Part shown: positions 13,455 through 24,010 of the stretch, one piece after another
How positions within the stretch are numbered: position 1 is the stretch's first letter
How the letters are laid out: each line of letters opens with the position of its first letter
Assembly (NCBI GenBank): GCA_951406725.2
Contig: OX597827.1
Location: 52,142,001 to 52,206,000 of the forward strand
Reading direction: 5' to 3'
Source: Octopus vulgaris
Lineage: Eukaryota
DNA length: 64,000 bases
Program-made: the position numbers and the translations under genes
The notes under the pieces: generated by a model
What the model saw: only the letters and a program-made list of their open reading frames with translations
Databases searched by the model: none
Told to the model about the DNA's origin: nothing

Positions 13455-13840
13455 TCATCATCATCATCTAACGTCCGCTTTCCATGCTGGCATGGGTTGG
13501 ACGGTTTGACTGGGGACTGGCGGACCAGATGGCTGCACCAGACTCCAATCTGATCTGGCAGAGTTTTTACAGCTGGATGCCCTTCCTAGCGCCAACCACT
13601 CTGAGAGTGTAGTGGGTGCTTTTACGTGCCACTGGCACGAGGGCCAGTCAGGCAGTACTGGCAGTGGCCATGCTCAAATGGTGTCTTTACGTGTCACCTG
13701 CACAGGAGCCAGTCCAGCGGCACTGGCAACGCTCTCACTCAAATGTTGTTTTTCATGTACCACCGGCACAATTGCCAGTAAGGTGACACTGGTAACGATC
13801 ACGCTCGAATGATGCTTTTTACATGCCACCTGCACTGGAA
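13455..13840 (-). mobile_element. Repeat family C copy
   Basis: (CAT)n tail, ctaacgtccgctttccatgctggcatgggttggacgg, and tandem ttttacgtgccac units. Confidence 0.8.
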
Positions 13841-14127
13841 TGTGGTCAGAAATTTCCTTTTAGCAACCAAAGGTTATTCATAGTCTTAGTGAGTTTTATT
13901 TTCTGCCGTTAACAATGTTGTGTCATTCATTCATCTGCTCTCCCTCTCTTCTTTCTGATAGTTGGTGTGTTATCATCCTCTTTTTTTCCCAATCTTTCTT
14001 CAAAAGTAGAGTTAATTAGTTCTTCAATGATAAGCAAGCAGAAAAAAACTAAAAGCATTCTATACTGTGTATATTTAGAAGGGTTCCTTCTGTCATTAGC
14101 AAATCTGTTTTGATATTTATTAACGCT

Positions 14128-14332
14128 AAGGTGGCAAGCTTGTAGAATCTAGGCAAAATGTTTAGCAGCATTTCGTCCATCTTTGTGTTCTGAGTTCAAA
14201 TTCCACTGAGGTTGGCTTTGCCTTTCATCCTTACAGAGTTGATAAATAAGTGCCAGTTGAACACTGGGATCAATGTAATGATTTACCCCCTCCCCTGATG
14301 TTGCTGGTCATGTGCCAAAATTTGAAATCAGT
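14128..14332 (+). mobile_element. SINE family B
   Basis: aaggtggcaagct...gcaaaatgtttagcagcatttcgtcc...gagttcaaattcc...ctttgcctttcatcc...gtgccaaaatttgaaa; about ten related copies occur in the window. Confidence 0.8.
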
Positions 14333-14964
14333 ATTAATGCTTTATGGTCAATTATATCCAAACCATGTCAACAATAAACAAGTTTAAAGAACTTGGGTTC
14401 TTCAAAGTTTTTTTACTGTTGACATCAGATATAAGGATATTTGATAAAATAAAATGGAATTGACAAGTGAATAAATGCGTTTATTTCTTACCAGGCTAAA
14501 ATTTAAATGTTAACTTACCAGTGAAGTTTGACCTGGTTTGGACCAAATCAATATCTTTCATACAATATTAGTCAATGTCTGTTGCATTTCATTTTATCTT
14601 TTAACTTTATATCTAGTGCTAACTATATATAACTTTGAAGAACTTAGATTTAAATTTGCTAATGATATAGGTTTAATTGTACATAAAGCTTTACTTGCTT
14701 GTATATGATGGAAACACTTATACAGTATAGAATGTTTAATTTTAATTTTATGCTTAAGATTGAAACCTCAATTACTTAACTTCTAATAAAAAAAGGAAGG
14801 TCCTGACATCTCGTCACCATTATTTTATGTCACTTTCCTGCTCTGCTATAATGTAAGTAGCCATGTAGTTCCTCAACAGCAAGAAATCTGTTCTATTTTG
14901 GACCCTTGTATACGTTAACCTTTCGTTTCTTAGCATAAAGCTGCATACCAACCATATAGTGTGG

Positions 14965-15145
14965 ATGTCACAAAGAAAAAATGCACCCAGTAAACTCTGT
15001 AAAGTGGATGGTGTTAGGAAGGGCACCAGACTACAAAAACCATACCAAAACAACTGAAGTACAATGCAGTCCTCAGATCCTGCAGATCTTGCCAAAATAT
15101 CCAACTCTTGCCTAAATCAAAAATGGACATTAAAAGATGATAACA
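14965..15145 (+). mobile_element. Repeat family C, degenerate fragment
   Basis: gtggatggtgttaggaagggcacc...ggacattaaaagatgat. Confidence 0.55.
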
Positions 15146-15923
15146 GTACTTAAATTGTTCTATAATTGCGTATCTGACTCCTAATTCTTTCACCATGTAA
15201 AAATTGGTAAAAATTTGATTTCAAGATGTGTCTCTATTTATGGTGAGGTGTTTCCTTGCATTGGTATCTAATCATAAAATTTGATTCATCTTAAAATTTA
15301 TGATGTTAAAGTTATATAATATAAGCCCTTTGAGAGAGATTATTGCCTGATTTTATTCTTGGCGTTTAGTGAGACCTAATATTTAGAGAAGCCATGAAAG
15401 CTTTAGGTGAATGTTGTCCGTGTTCAAGGGTAATGTGAGGCAATGATATTTTCTTGATGTGAGTAGTGTTTGTGGTGGGGGTTCACTGTTTAAAAGATAA
15501 GATGGGTATGGCCTCCACAGGATGCTTTTATGGTCTCTATGGAATCAGTACAAATTTGGTGTTTGGTACCTAAGCTGGATGTGGATGATACATAACTGGA
15601 GAAGATTAGGAATAGCGAATCATACCATCTAGGTTAGAATGGATATTGTTGGATGTGATGACGAGCAGGTCATTGATGTATAAGATGTTTTTGAGGTCTC
15701 AACTCAAGGACATACAATTATTTCTGGTAGTAACTCATAAGACAGTGATCTACCTCTACCATTATGCTTTGTAAAGTGATCTCTAGGAGGTGGAATTTTA
15801 CATTGTCTGCTAGTAAACTGTATTGTGATACTCATTTAGTGAGGGCTTTCACATGGACACATATAACAGGGCTACCTTGGATTTATATGTACTAACTGCA
15901 TGTTGACCCTCTTTTCATTCCAG

Positions 15924-16086
15924 AATGTCAAAAAGTCATATGAGAACCTTGAGACATTAGTGCCGTTGCCGTGGGAAGCTGTTTACTCCAGTGAACTTGA
16001 GAAAGAGTGGCTAAACAGTGAAACCTCTTTAAACAGCAGCAGCACTGTACAATTACCAGAAGGCAAGGAACTACATTTAAAATCAC
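15924..16086 (+). CDS. Internal exon of the CCCH gene (NVKKSYENLETLVPLPWEAV...HLKS)
   Basis: Acceptor cttttcattccag|AAT is phase 0, matching the 2184 donor. Donor C|GTGAGT is phase 1. The frame is open over 163 nt. Confidence 0.85.
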
Positions 16087-16478
16087 GTGAGTCATCTTTG
16101 AAGTAACATGTATTTATGCATGGTAGCTGTATAATTCTGCTTGTTTAATTTTATCTCATTGCTGTCTTGTTCCATACCTATTTATATGACAAATATCTCT
16201 AGTATATGAATATGTGTGTCTATCAACTTGGTCCACCCATATGGTACATTGGTGTAGAAGTTTGTCATGGATGAGGATTGCCTAGATGTATAAATATTTT
16301 CTTGATCTAAAGTACTACATATATTTCCAACCAGAAAAAAATCTCTGAGAAATATTCAGTGATTATGTGTTGAATGAAAACTAAATAGATTTCCTATGTA
16401 AATATGTATATATAAGAAAAATAACAAGAAAGGGTTGAAAATGCATAAAAATTTTTATACATGCAAGAGTGGCTGTAT

Positions 16479-16598
16479 AGGTGCAAAAGCGGCTGTGTGG
16501 TAAGAAGCTTGCTTCCCATCCACGTGGTTCCGGGTTCAGCGTCTTCTTTAGCCTCAGGCCAACCAAAGCCTTGTGAGTGGATTTGGTAGACGGAAACC
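16479..16598 (+). mobile_element. SINE family A, 5' part
   Basis: ggtgcaaaagcggctgtgtggtaagaagcttgct...ggttccgggttcag...aaagccttgtgagtggatttggtagacggaaac. Confidence 0.8.
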
Positions 16599-16599
16599 T

Positions 16600-16933
16600 T
16601 GTCTCCTTATAGACCAAGCAGAAATTGGTACAGCTAAGTTGGGATGTTTTACCATACCTATTGCACTCATATGACCTTGCATCTTTGGATTACCATTTAT
16701 TTCAATCCCTACAAAATTCTCTTAATGAGAAGAACTTCAATTCTTTGAAAGACTGTAAAAATCCATTTAAACCGCAAGTTCTGGGAGGATGGCATCATGA
16801 AGTTGCCTCAAAGATGGCGAAAGATAGTGGGACAAAATGGGATATATGTGGTTGAATAAAGGGATGTAGAAATATCTAAAGAACGTTTTTGAATTTTATG
16901 TAAAATACATGACAAACATTTTTCCATCCCAAT
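16600..16933 (+). mobile_element. Mariner (DD34D) transposase 3' remnant
   Basis: LSWDVLPYLLHSYDLASLDYHLFQSLQNSLNEKNF resembles [28 protein letters not shown]. After a frameshift it continues FWEDGIMKLPQRWRKIVGQNG. Confidence 0.88.
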
Positions 16934-16964
16934 ATATGTATATATATGTGTGTGTCTATATATT

Positions 16965-17125
16965 ATTGGGCTCTTTCATTTTCCAACTACCAAATCCACT
17001 GACATGGCTTTGGTCAGGCAGGGGCTATAATACAAGACAACCATCCAAGGCGTCATGCAGTGGGACTGAACCAAGAATCATGTAATTGAGAAATAGATTT
17101 CTTAACCACATAGCCATTCCTGCAT
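16965..17125 (-). mobile_element. SINE family A fragment
   Basis: ctaccaaatccact...ggctttggtc...cagtgggactgaacc...cttaaccacatagccattcctgc. Confidence 0.7.
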
Positions 17126-17267
17126 ATGCACACATATATAAAGTAAACTGAAGCTGAGGCCACATATATAGTTGAAGAATATCTGCAAGTTTTAATCTAT
17201 TGAAGTGCTACAAGAGTTAAGATTCTGTGAGGATCATCCAACCCATGTCAGTGAAATGATGATGATG

Positions 17268-17321
<54 letters not shown>
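17268..17321. repeat. (TA)n microsatellite
   Basis: Direct reading of the sequence. Confidence 0.95.
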
Positions 17322-17325
<4 letters not shown>

Positions 17326-17337
17326 CACTTTTATTAA

Positions 17338-17558
17338 CCCTTTAGCATTTAAACCGGCCATATCCGGCCAAAAGTATTCTGCCTGTTTTATGTTCAAACT
17401 GGCCAGATCTGGTCTCTCACACCAACCCTACAATATCGTTTTAAAAATTAACAGCTACCTCATTAAAATCTCATAGCTACAAGATAATGCATGATTAGTT
17501 CAAAACAATGTGGATGAAGAAGCGCTAATTTGGTCAGAATAATGCGAACACTAAAGGG
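17338..17558. mobile_element. piggyBac-type MITE
   Basis: TTAA|CCCTTTAGCATT ... AACACTAAAGGG|TTAA: terminal inverted repeats starting CCC and a TTAA target duplication. Confidence 0.88.
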
Positions 17559-17576
17559 TTAAAGCTGAAAAACTCT

Positions 17577-17625
17577 TCACAGACTGTTAGTCATTTTCAT
17601 GCTACCATTCATCAGACAGTTGTGA
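17577..17625 (-). ncRNA. Minimal type I hammerhead ribozyme motif (Penelope-associated type)
   Basis: Minus strand reads UCACAACUGU-CUGAUGA-AUG(GUAG)CAU-GAAA-AUGAC-UA-ACAGU(C)UGUGA. The core is complete, stem II has 3 bp and stem I has 10 bp with one bulge. Stem III is reduced. Confidence 0.6.
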
Positions 17626-17849
17626 TCAGATGGTATGATCACAACATGAAACTCTTGAATAACATTTTATGAAGAATTTTCCAGCTTAAATAAAATCATA
17701 TTACTCTACCTTCAATATCCAAGTACTATTTTTTTCTGCCTTGTTTTGCATGTATGTGCTTACTCATGTATATATATATATATATATATTCATATGTGTA
17801 TGTTGGGTTTTTTTTAATATTTTGTTTGCCTTCTTCCCTTTATTTTTAG

Positions 17850-18006
17850 GGTCCATAAAGAAACCTTGCAGCTTTTTCCTGGAGGGAAACTGCCGGCGCA
17901 CTGAATGCAAGTTCTCCCATGATATTTCTACCATCACCTGCAGGTTTTGGGAGGATGGTGAATGTTTTAAAGGGGACACTTGTCCATTTCTACATGGTTA
18001 TTATGC
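17850..18006 (+). CDS. Exon encoding tandem CCCH zinc fingers
   Basis: Acceptor ttccctttatttttag|GG is phase 1 and donor GC|GTGAGT is phase 2. Encodes CSFFLEGNCRRTECKFSH (C-x7-C-x4-C-x3-H) and CRFWEDGECFKGDTCPFLH (C-x7-C-x5-C-x3-H). Confidence 0.93.
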
Positions 18007-18550
18007 GTGAGTTATTCTTATGAGTTCCATCTATGTTATCATTGTGGTACTTGGTGTGATGCGATACCCTGAACATAACCAAAAATCGTTATCGCTATTA
18101 TCTCAGCCTGCAACTTATGTCTCAACACAAAACTAATGAGGAAGCTTCTACATAATTGCTTGACATACTAGATGTAGTAGCTACATTTTCTCAAATAATA
18201 CTCTACTGAAAGACACATGAGATAATATTGTCTTTGATGCTGTGTCTGAAAAAAAAGAAAAGACTGTCAGTTGGGGTCAATCTGGTGCTAACCAGTATCA
18301 AACCATAAGCACAAATTTCTCTCACAAGTTAAGCTGAGGAGCTTATAAAGAAATTAAAGGACTTTCTTTCAAGAGTGACTTGAAAACATTTGACTTGGTT
18401 AGCAGTGAATTATAAAAACAAAAAATTGTAAATTAATTGAAAATTTTAAACTTCATTTTTTGTGATGTATTATGAAATGTTGAACTGCATTTTATTGAAA
18501 TAATCACTAAATTCTCCTTCATTTGCTCTCAAATCATTTATCCATTGCAG

Positions 18551-18677
18551 TACTGCTACTGTAACAGCTTCAGCCACTACTGCAGTAGACAAGTATGAAA
18601 GCGCAGCAGTTGGTAGTAGTTCTGAAATTGCTTCTTCTAGTACCATAAAGGAACTCTCTTTCCTACCTCAGTCTAAA
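18551..18677 (+). CDS. Internal exon of the CCCH gene (TATVTASATTAVDKYES...PQSK)
   Basis: Acceptor tccattgcag|T is phase 2, matching the previous donor. Donor AAA|GTAAGT is phase 0. The frame is open. Confidence 0.85.
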
Positions 18678-19292
18678 GTAAGTAGTCTTGTAGTTTTTTT
18701 CTACTTGTTTCCTTTCAGAGACTGAACCAGCTGCCTTCCTCCTTCGGCAGCAACTCTACATACATAGCTTACATATCACGGTCCAATGTAATTTGATAAA
18801 AATATTCTCCATGGCCCAAGGAAATTTATGGACTAGTATCTGATACTGGCTTCTTGGTGTTGCATAGATGAGAGATAAATCTCCTGTAGATAAGTTGCTG
18901 GTCTATTTTAGCTAACATTGCCAGAGAATCTGATCTATAGCCAAAATAGATAAATGTTGGAAAACATTTTTGGTTATTCAATGTTAAGCTCACATGAACT
19001 TATGCTGTTGGCCTTAAGATTTCTTTAGTAAATTATAACAGGTACTCTTGCAAAGATAAATAAGCTAAATCAAGCCAGTGAAGAAGCTTCTTGTTAGCAC
19101 TTGGGCTGGTAAAAATAGCTTCTAAATCTGAAAGTAATATATTGGCCAATGTAATCTTAGAAACAACATGTATGAAAGAAAAAGAAGATGGTCCCAGCAA
19201 GAATGTTTTTAAACTGTTTTAAATATACAACTGAAATACACAACAACACTTATCAGTGGATGTGTGTGTGTGTCTGTTTCTAGTTTAGTTTA

Positions 19293-19510
19293 ATATTGGT
19301 TTCAAATTTTGGCTCAAGGCCTACAATTTCATGGGAATAGGTAAATTGATTACATTGACCTCCAGTGTTCAACTAGTACTTATTTTGTCAACACTGAAAA
19401 GACGAAAGGCAAAGTTAGCTGTGGTGGAATTTCAACTCAGAATGTAAAGACAGACGGAATGCTGCTAAGGAGTTTGCCTAGCATGCTAACAATTCTGCCA
19501 GCTTGCCATC
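19293..19510 (-). mobile_element. SINE family B
   Basis: Reverse complement of the family B consensus (ggtttcaaattttggc...gaaaggcaaagt...ctaacaattctgccagcttgcc). Confidence 0.8.
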
Positions 19511-19646
19511 TTCAGTTGAATTTAAAGTAGAAGGTTAAATGACCCAGCAATCAAATCACCAATAGTATATTTCAAATTGAGGGCTTTTTAACTATTCTTT
19601 TCCTTTCAGTATGCAAACTTTTACATGAAGTTAAATATATTTCATT

Positions 19647-19976
19647 ATTAAATCTCTGAACGAGATGTAAACAGTAACCGCTCGACAATGTAAAGTATAA
19701 TAGCCATCTCAATATGGTTAACCACAAAGGGTGGGTGTTACTGTAGCTTTTAGCCCCAGGAGAGCATCGTTGCCAGCTGGCTTTAGGCACACTATCTGTG
19801 CCCTTATGGTATTTGCAAAGGGAGGAGAAAGGGATGGCCTCCCTTTGCAAATACCATAAGGGCACAGATAGTGTGCCTAAAGCCAGCTGGAGACGATGAT
19901 CTCCTGGGGCTAAAAGCTACAGTAACACCCACCCTTTGTGGTTAGCCATATTGAGATGGCTATTATACTTTACATT
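19647..19976. mobile_element. Fold-back insertion: 139-bp inverted arms, 12-nt spacer, 40-nt one-sided extension, flanked by a 16-bp direct repeat
   Basis: Arms 19687-19825 and 19838-19976 differ at 4 positions. TTAAATATATTTCATT occurs at 19631-19646 and 19975-19990. Confidence 0.85.
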
Positions 19977-20222
19977 AAATATATTTCATTTAACATCATT
20001 GTATTCACCGTTCAAATCCCAATGATGTCCACTTTGTGATAAACTCTACACAATAACTAATTGGACTGATTGATCTGAATATATTACTGTCCTACTCTTA
20101 CTCTGGTTAAACAAAAAAAAAGTCATTGTTGGTGTTTTGTTCTTAACTGCTATGTCATTTAGAGAAATATCTATGTATGTCAGGGAATGAATAAAGCAAG
20201 TGCTGTTTCTGTTCTGTTACAG

Positions 20223-20261
20223 GTGACCGACAACCCAGCCAGCAGTCAGACATGTGTCTGA
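20223..20261 (+). CDS. Terminal coding exon of the CCCH gene (VTDNPASSQTCV*)
   Basis: Acceptor tgtttctgttctgttacag|GTG is phase 0, with TGA at 20259-20261. An AATAAA follows at 20440. Confidence 0.72.
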   Translation: MTDNPASSQTCV

Positions 20262-20479
20262 GTCATGAAGTGTTTAGGAACTGTGATGCAAATGTAACCA
20301 TAGACACTGTTGCTATGGCTGGATGTAAGAAGATGAGATGCAAAGTTGAAGGATACCCAAATGTCCCCAATTCCTTTTCCTCATTCTTCTGTAACTTCTT
20401 CACCCATCTGTTGGGTGAATCCCAATAGATTGTCTTTCAAATAAATTATATTTATTTAACTAAATATAAACATACACAT

Positions 20480-20497
20480 GAACAAATATTATGTGTA

Positions 20498-20531
<34 letters not shown>

Positions 20532-20781
20532 CATACATACATATGCACACATATATATACATACATATACATATGTGTGTATAAATGTATCTGTATTTGC
20601 ATATATGTATATGCATATATATTGTGTGTATGTATATATATTTTGTGTGTGTGTGTGCGTGTGTGTATGTATATATATATATATATATACACATACACAC
20701 ACACACATAAACAGACACATAAATGTTTATATGAATGTGTGTGTTTTATATGTATATATATAATCTCATTGTATATTTGTA

Positions 20782-20827
<46 letters not shown>

Positions 20828-21245
20828 TAAACAGATATGATGTATATATGTATGTTTATAGATATGTGTAAAACTGTAAATATAATGTTATGTATATATA
20901 CATGTGTGTGTGTGTGTATATATATTATATACATATGCACATATATATATGTATGTGTGTGTATATATATGATGTATATACAAATTTTATATAAATTTCA
21001 ATCTTACTAGCATTTGATTTTTCTGGCCTTTCTGTGAGCTGTTCACTATATATTAAAATATGTATGTTATGTATATCAGTAAGTATCAATGTCTGTGTGC
21101 ATAAATATGTGTATGTATGAGCTTGTGCATGTATATCTGTATTTGTTCATGAATTTCTGTTTATTATATGTTTATGTATATAAATGAATGTTTACATGTG
21201 TGTTGTTTGTGTGTTATACACACATACACTCATGTATGTGTACCT

Positions 21246-21316
<71 letters not shown>

Positions 21317-21464
21317 TACACCTGTGTGTGTTAAGTCTTGGAACTATGTTTAAGTAACATCATTGACATATATACACATACTGTAATTCTTGGATTGTAA
21401 TATATACAAAGTTCCAATTAATCATTACAAGTGTATGTGTGTGTGAGCATATTTATATGTATGT

Positions 21465-21512
<48 letters not shown>

Positions 21513-22050
21513 ATGTATGCATATCTAAATGCTATATATATGTGTATGTGTATAAGCTTGAGTATATGTTCGTGTGGTTGGGGTCGTGTGAATGTGTATT
21601 TCTGTCCTGTACATGAATGGATACTCAGCCACAGGCAATGTGTCTTGATGCTCTCTCTCTAAACCTATTGTCCTCAAGCTCTGAAATGTTTTTGTTTTGT
21701 TTTTGTTTTTTTCATTTCTGAGAAATTCTTTCTTTGTTGAAATACATGTATTTCCCACAGCAGAGGCACCCATTTGTAGCACTATACCTTCATAATTGGT
21801 AATTACCTAACCCCTGCTACCATTTGTCTGAGTGTGTGTGTTTATATGTATATATTGGTATGTATATATATATGTATGTGTGTGTGTGTGTTAGTATGTA
21901 TATGTGTGTGTATGCATATACATGTAAATGTTTATATTTACCTGTATATATATTTTTATGCGCGTGTGTGTGTGTGTGTGTGTGTATATATATTTATATA
22001 TATATATATATATATTTATTTATATATATATAATGTATATGTGTGTGTGT
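20480..22050. repeat. Compound (TA)n/(TG)n/(CA)n microsatellite field
   Basis: Direct reading; this field is the source of the YIYI/CVCV ORFs. Confidence 0.95.
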
Positions 22051-22084
22051 GAAGGCTGTTTGTCAAATTGTAATGTTTGGCTTA

Positions 22085-22205
22085 TGTTTGTAAGGTTGTT
22101 TTGATTCCTGCAATGTGCAGCATGTTGTGTCCCTGAGCAGGACATGTCATTTCATGTTGCTTCAGTCCATTTAGTTGCAAAATTGTACCAGCTGAATGCA
22201 GGCCC
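22085..22205 (+). mobile_element. SINE family D fragment
   Basis: ttgattcctg...ttgtgtccctgagcaggacat...ttgcttcagtccatttagttg. Confidence 0.5.
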
Positions 22206-22207
<2 letters not shown>

Positions 22208-22282
<75 letters not shown>

Positions 22283-22325
22283 TCTCTCTCCCTCTCTCTC
22301 GCTCTCTTTCCCTCCCTCCCTCCCC
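22208..22325. repeat. (CT)n microsatellite
   Basis: Direct reading of the sequence. Confidence 0.95.
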
Positions 22326-23269
22326 TCCCCAGTTGTCATAACCTTCATATTCCACTGAGCCATGGTTGGGTGTGCTGAGATAGATGATGTCTGTGTCTAC
22401 TTGTGCCTACATTGGTACCAAATACGATTAACAGGAGCATCATACATGCTAGTATGTGTTACTTGCTTTCCTGTGACAATTAAATTTGTGTATGTATGTG
22501 TATATCTATCTACATATAATAGGTGAGAAGTTGCTAGTATAAGTATAGAATTAGTGCTCAGAATTTTCAGATTCTTAAATTCCAACATTCTAATCAGGGC
22601 GAAATAGTCCAACAAAACAAAAGTTGGCTGTAAGAAATACATAATCCAAGCAAGTAATAAAGAGACAGTATGGATAAACAATTATAGATTGCAAGTATTC
22701 GTTTATGTGATGTTACATATACATATTCCTTTTACAAAAAGATAAATCTTTACAGCTGTTTCAAAGATTCAGCAACTGGTTGATGCTATAATGCATATTG
22801 CACAAAGAGACATAATAATATTAGAGTTAAATCTAATCACTGTTGAATTTCTTTTAAGTATTGTTAAGAGCACCTTCTTTAGAATTTCCTACTTTTCCAC
22901 AAATCATGATATCTTTAATAATCATATCCGAAACTATAATCAAGTCCTTCATACTAGTGATTTCCCTGATAAAATATCTTACACCCAGAACACTAGGCAC
23001 AAAATCATGCTTAAAGAACTAATTCTGCACAACAATTGTACTACAACTAATCTTAATTAGACCACTAATTATAATACTAACAGTTCGCCCCTAGTTATGC
23101 CATGACTACCCTTCTGGATGATGGGTTTGGAGAACTCTAGATTCATCTATCCCAGGATAATAGCCCCCTAAAATATCCAGGAAAGTATAAGAAGTATAGG
23201 AAGCATGAGGTTTTTATGGTTTGCACCACTATTTTGTTTGCAAGTAAGTCTCATTTAAACTGATCTTCA

Positions 23270-23587
23270 TTATTTCAATGTCCAGTTTTCCATGCTTGCG
23301 TGTACTGGACAGAATGTGTTGAAGCAGATTTTCAATAGAGTGGCTACCCTTCCTGTCACCAACTCCCACCTGTTTCCAAGTAAGGCCAAATATGCTTGCA
23401 TGGAAGGAAGGAAATGAAAGACACCACTTGTATGTCAGCCACACTCATTCAAATCCACTCAGAATACTTAGGTCAATTTGGAGCTGTAGCAGAAGACGCT
23501 TTCCCAAGGTGCTATGCATTGGGACAGAACCCAAGACCATGTGGTTGAGAAACAAGCTTCTTAACTACACAACCACACCTGTACCTA
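23270..23587 (-). mobile_element. SINE family A variant
   Basis: caaatccactc...tagcagaagac...cccaaggtgc...gaacccaagaccatgtggttg...aagcttcttaac. Confidence 0.7.
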
Positions 23588-23769
23588 CATGTCTTTCAAT
23601 ATTCGAAGACCACCTTGACGTAAATACCACTCCAAATCTTTCATGTCCACAATCAAACTTTCTTATTCCACCACACTTAATCTTGGATCCATAGTCATAG
23701 CAGCAAATTAATGGAAACTCAGCCTTATATAGACTTGTAAATTTTGTAATGATATTTAGTGTTACCATA

Positions 23770-24010
23770 AATACTAATAATTGTAGTAGTAGCAATAATA
23801 TTAATAATGATATGAATGTGGTCCACTGTCTTCATAATAATAATAATATATTCTTGAACAACAACAATTGTGATAAGTATAATAACCATAATAATAGTAA
23901 TGGAGATATAAATAAAGATATGAATAAGAAATGCTCTAATATCAGCAACAGCATTAAGAAGAATCCCAGTAGTAATAATTTTATTTACAGTAATTGTAAT
24001 CTTATATTAT
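23770..24010. repeat. AAT-rich low-complexity tract
   Basis: Degenerate (AAT)n. Confidence 0.7.

Noticed and set aside
15240-15870. Possible old retroelement remnant
   Set aside because: The composition is suggestive, but no diagnostic motif could be read.
19687-19976. Hairpin considered as a pre-miRNA, or as a hammerhead, twister or HDV ribozyme
   Set aside because: It is too long and too perfect for a typical pre-miRNA and has a TSD. I could not fit any of these ribozyme cores by eye.
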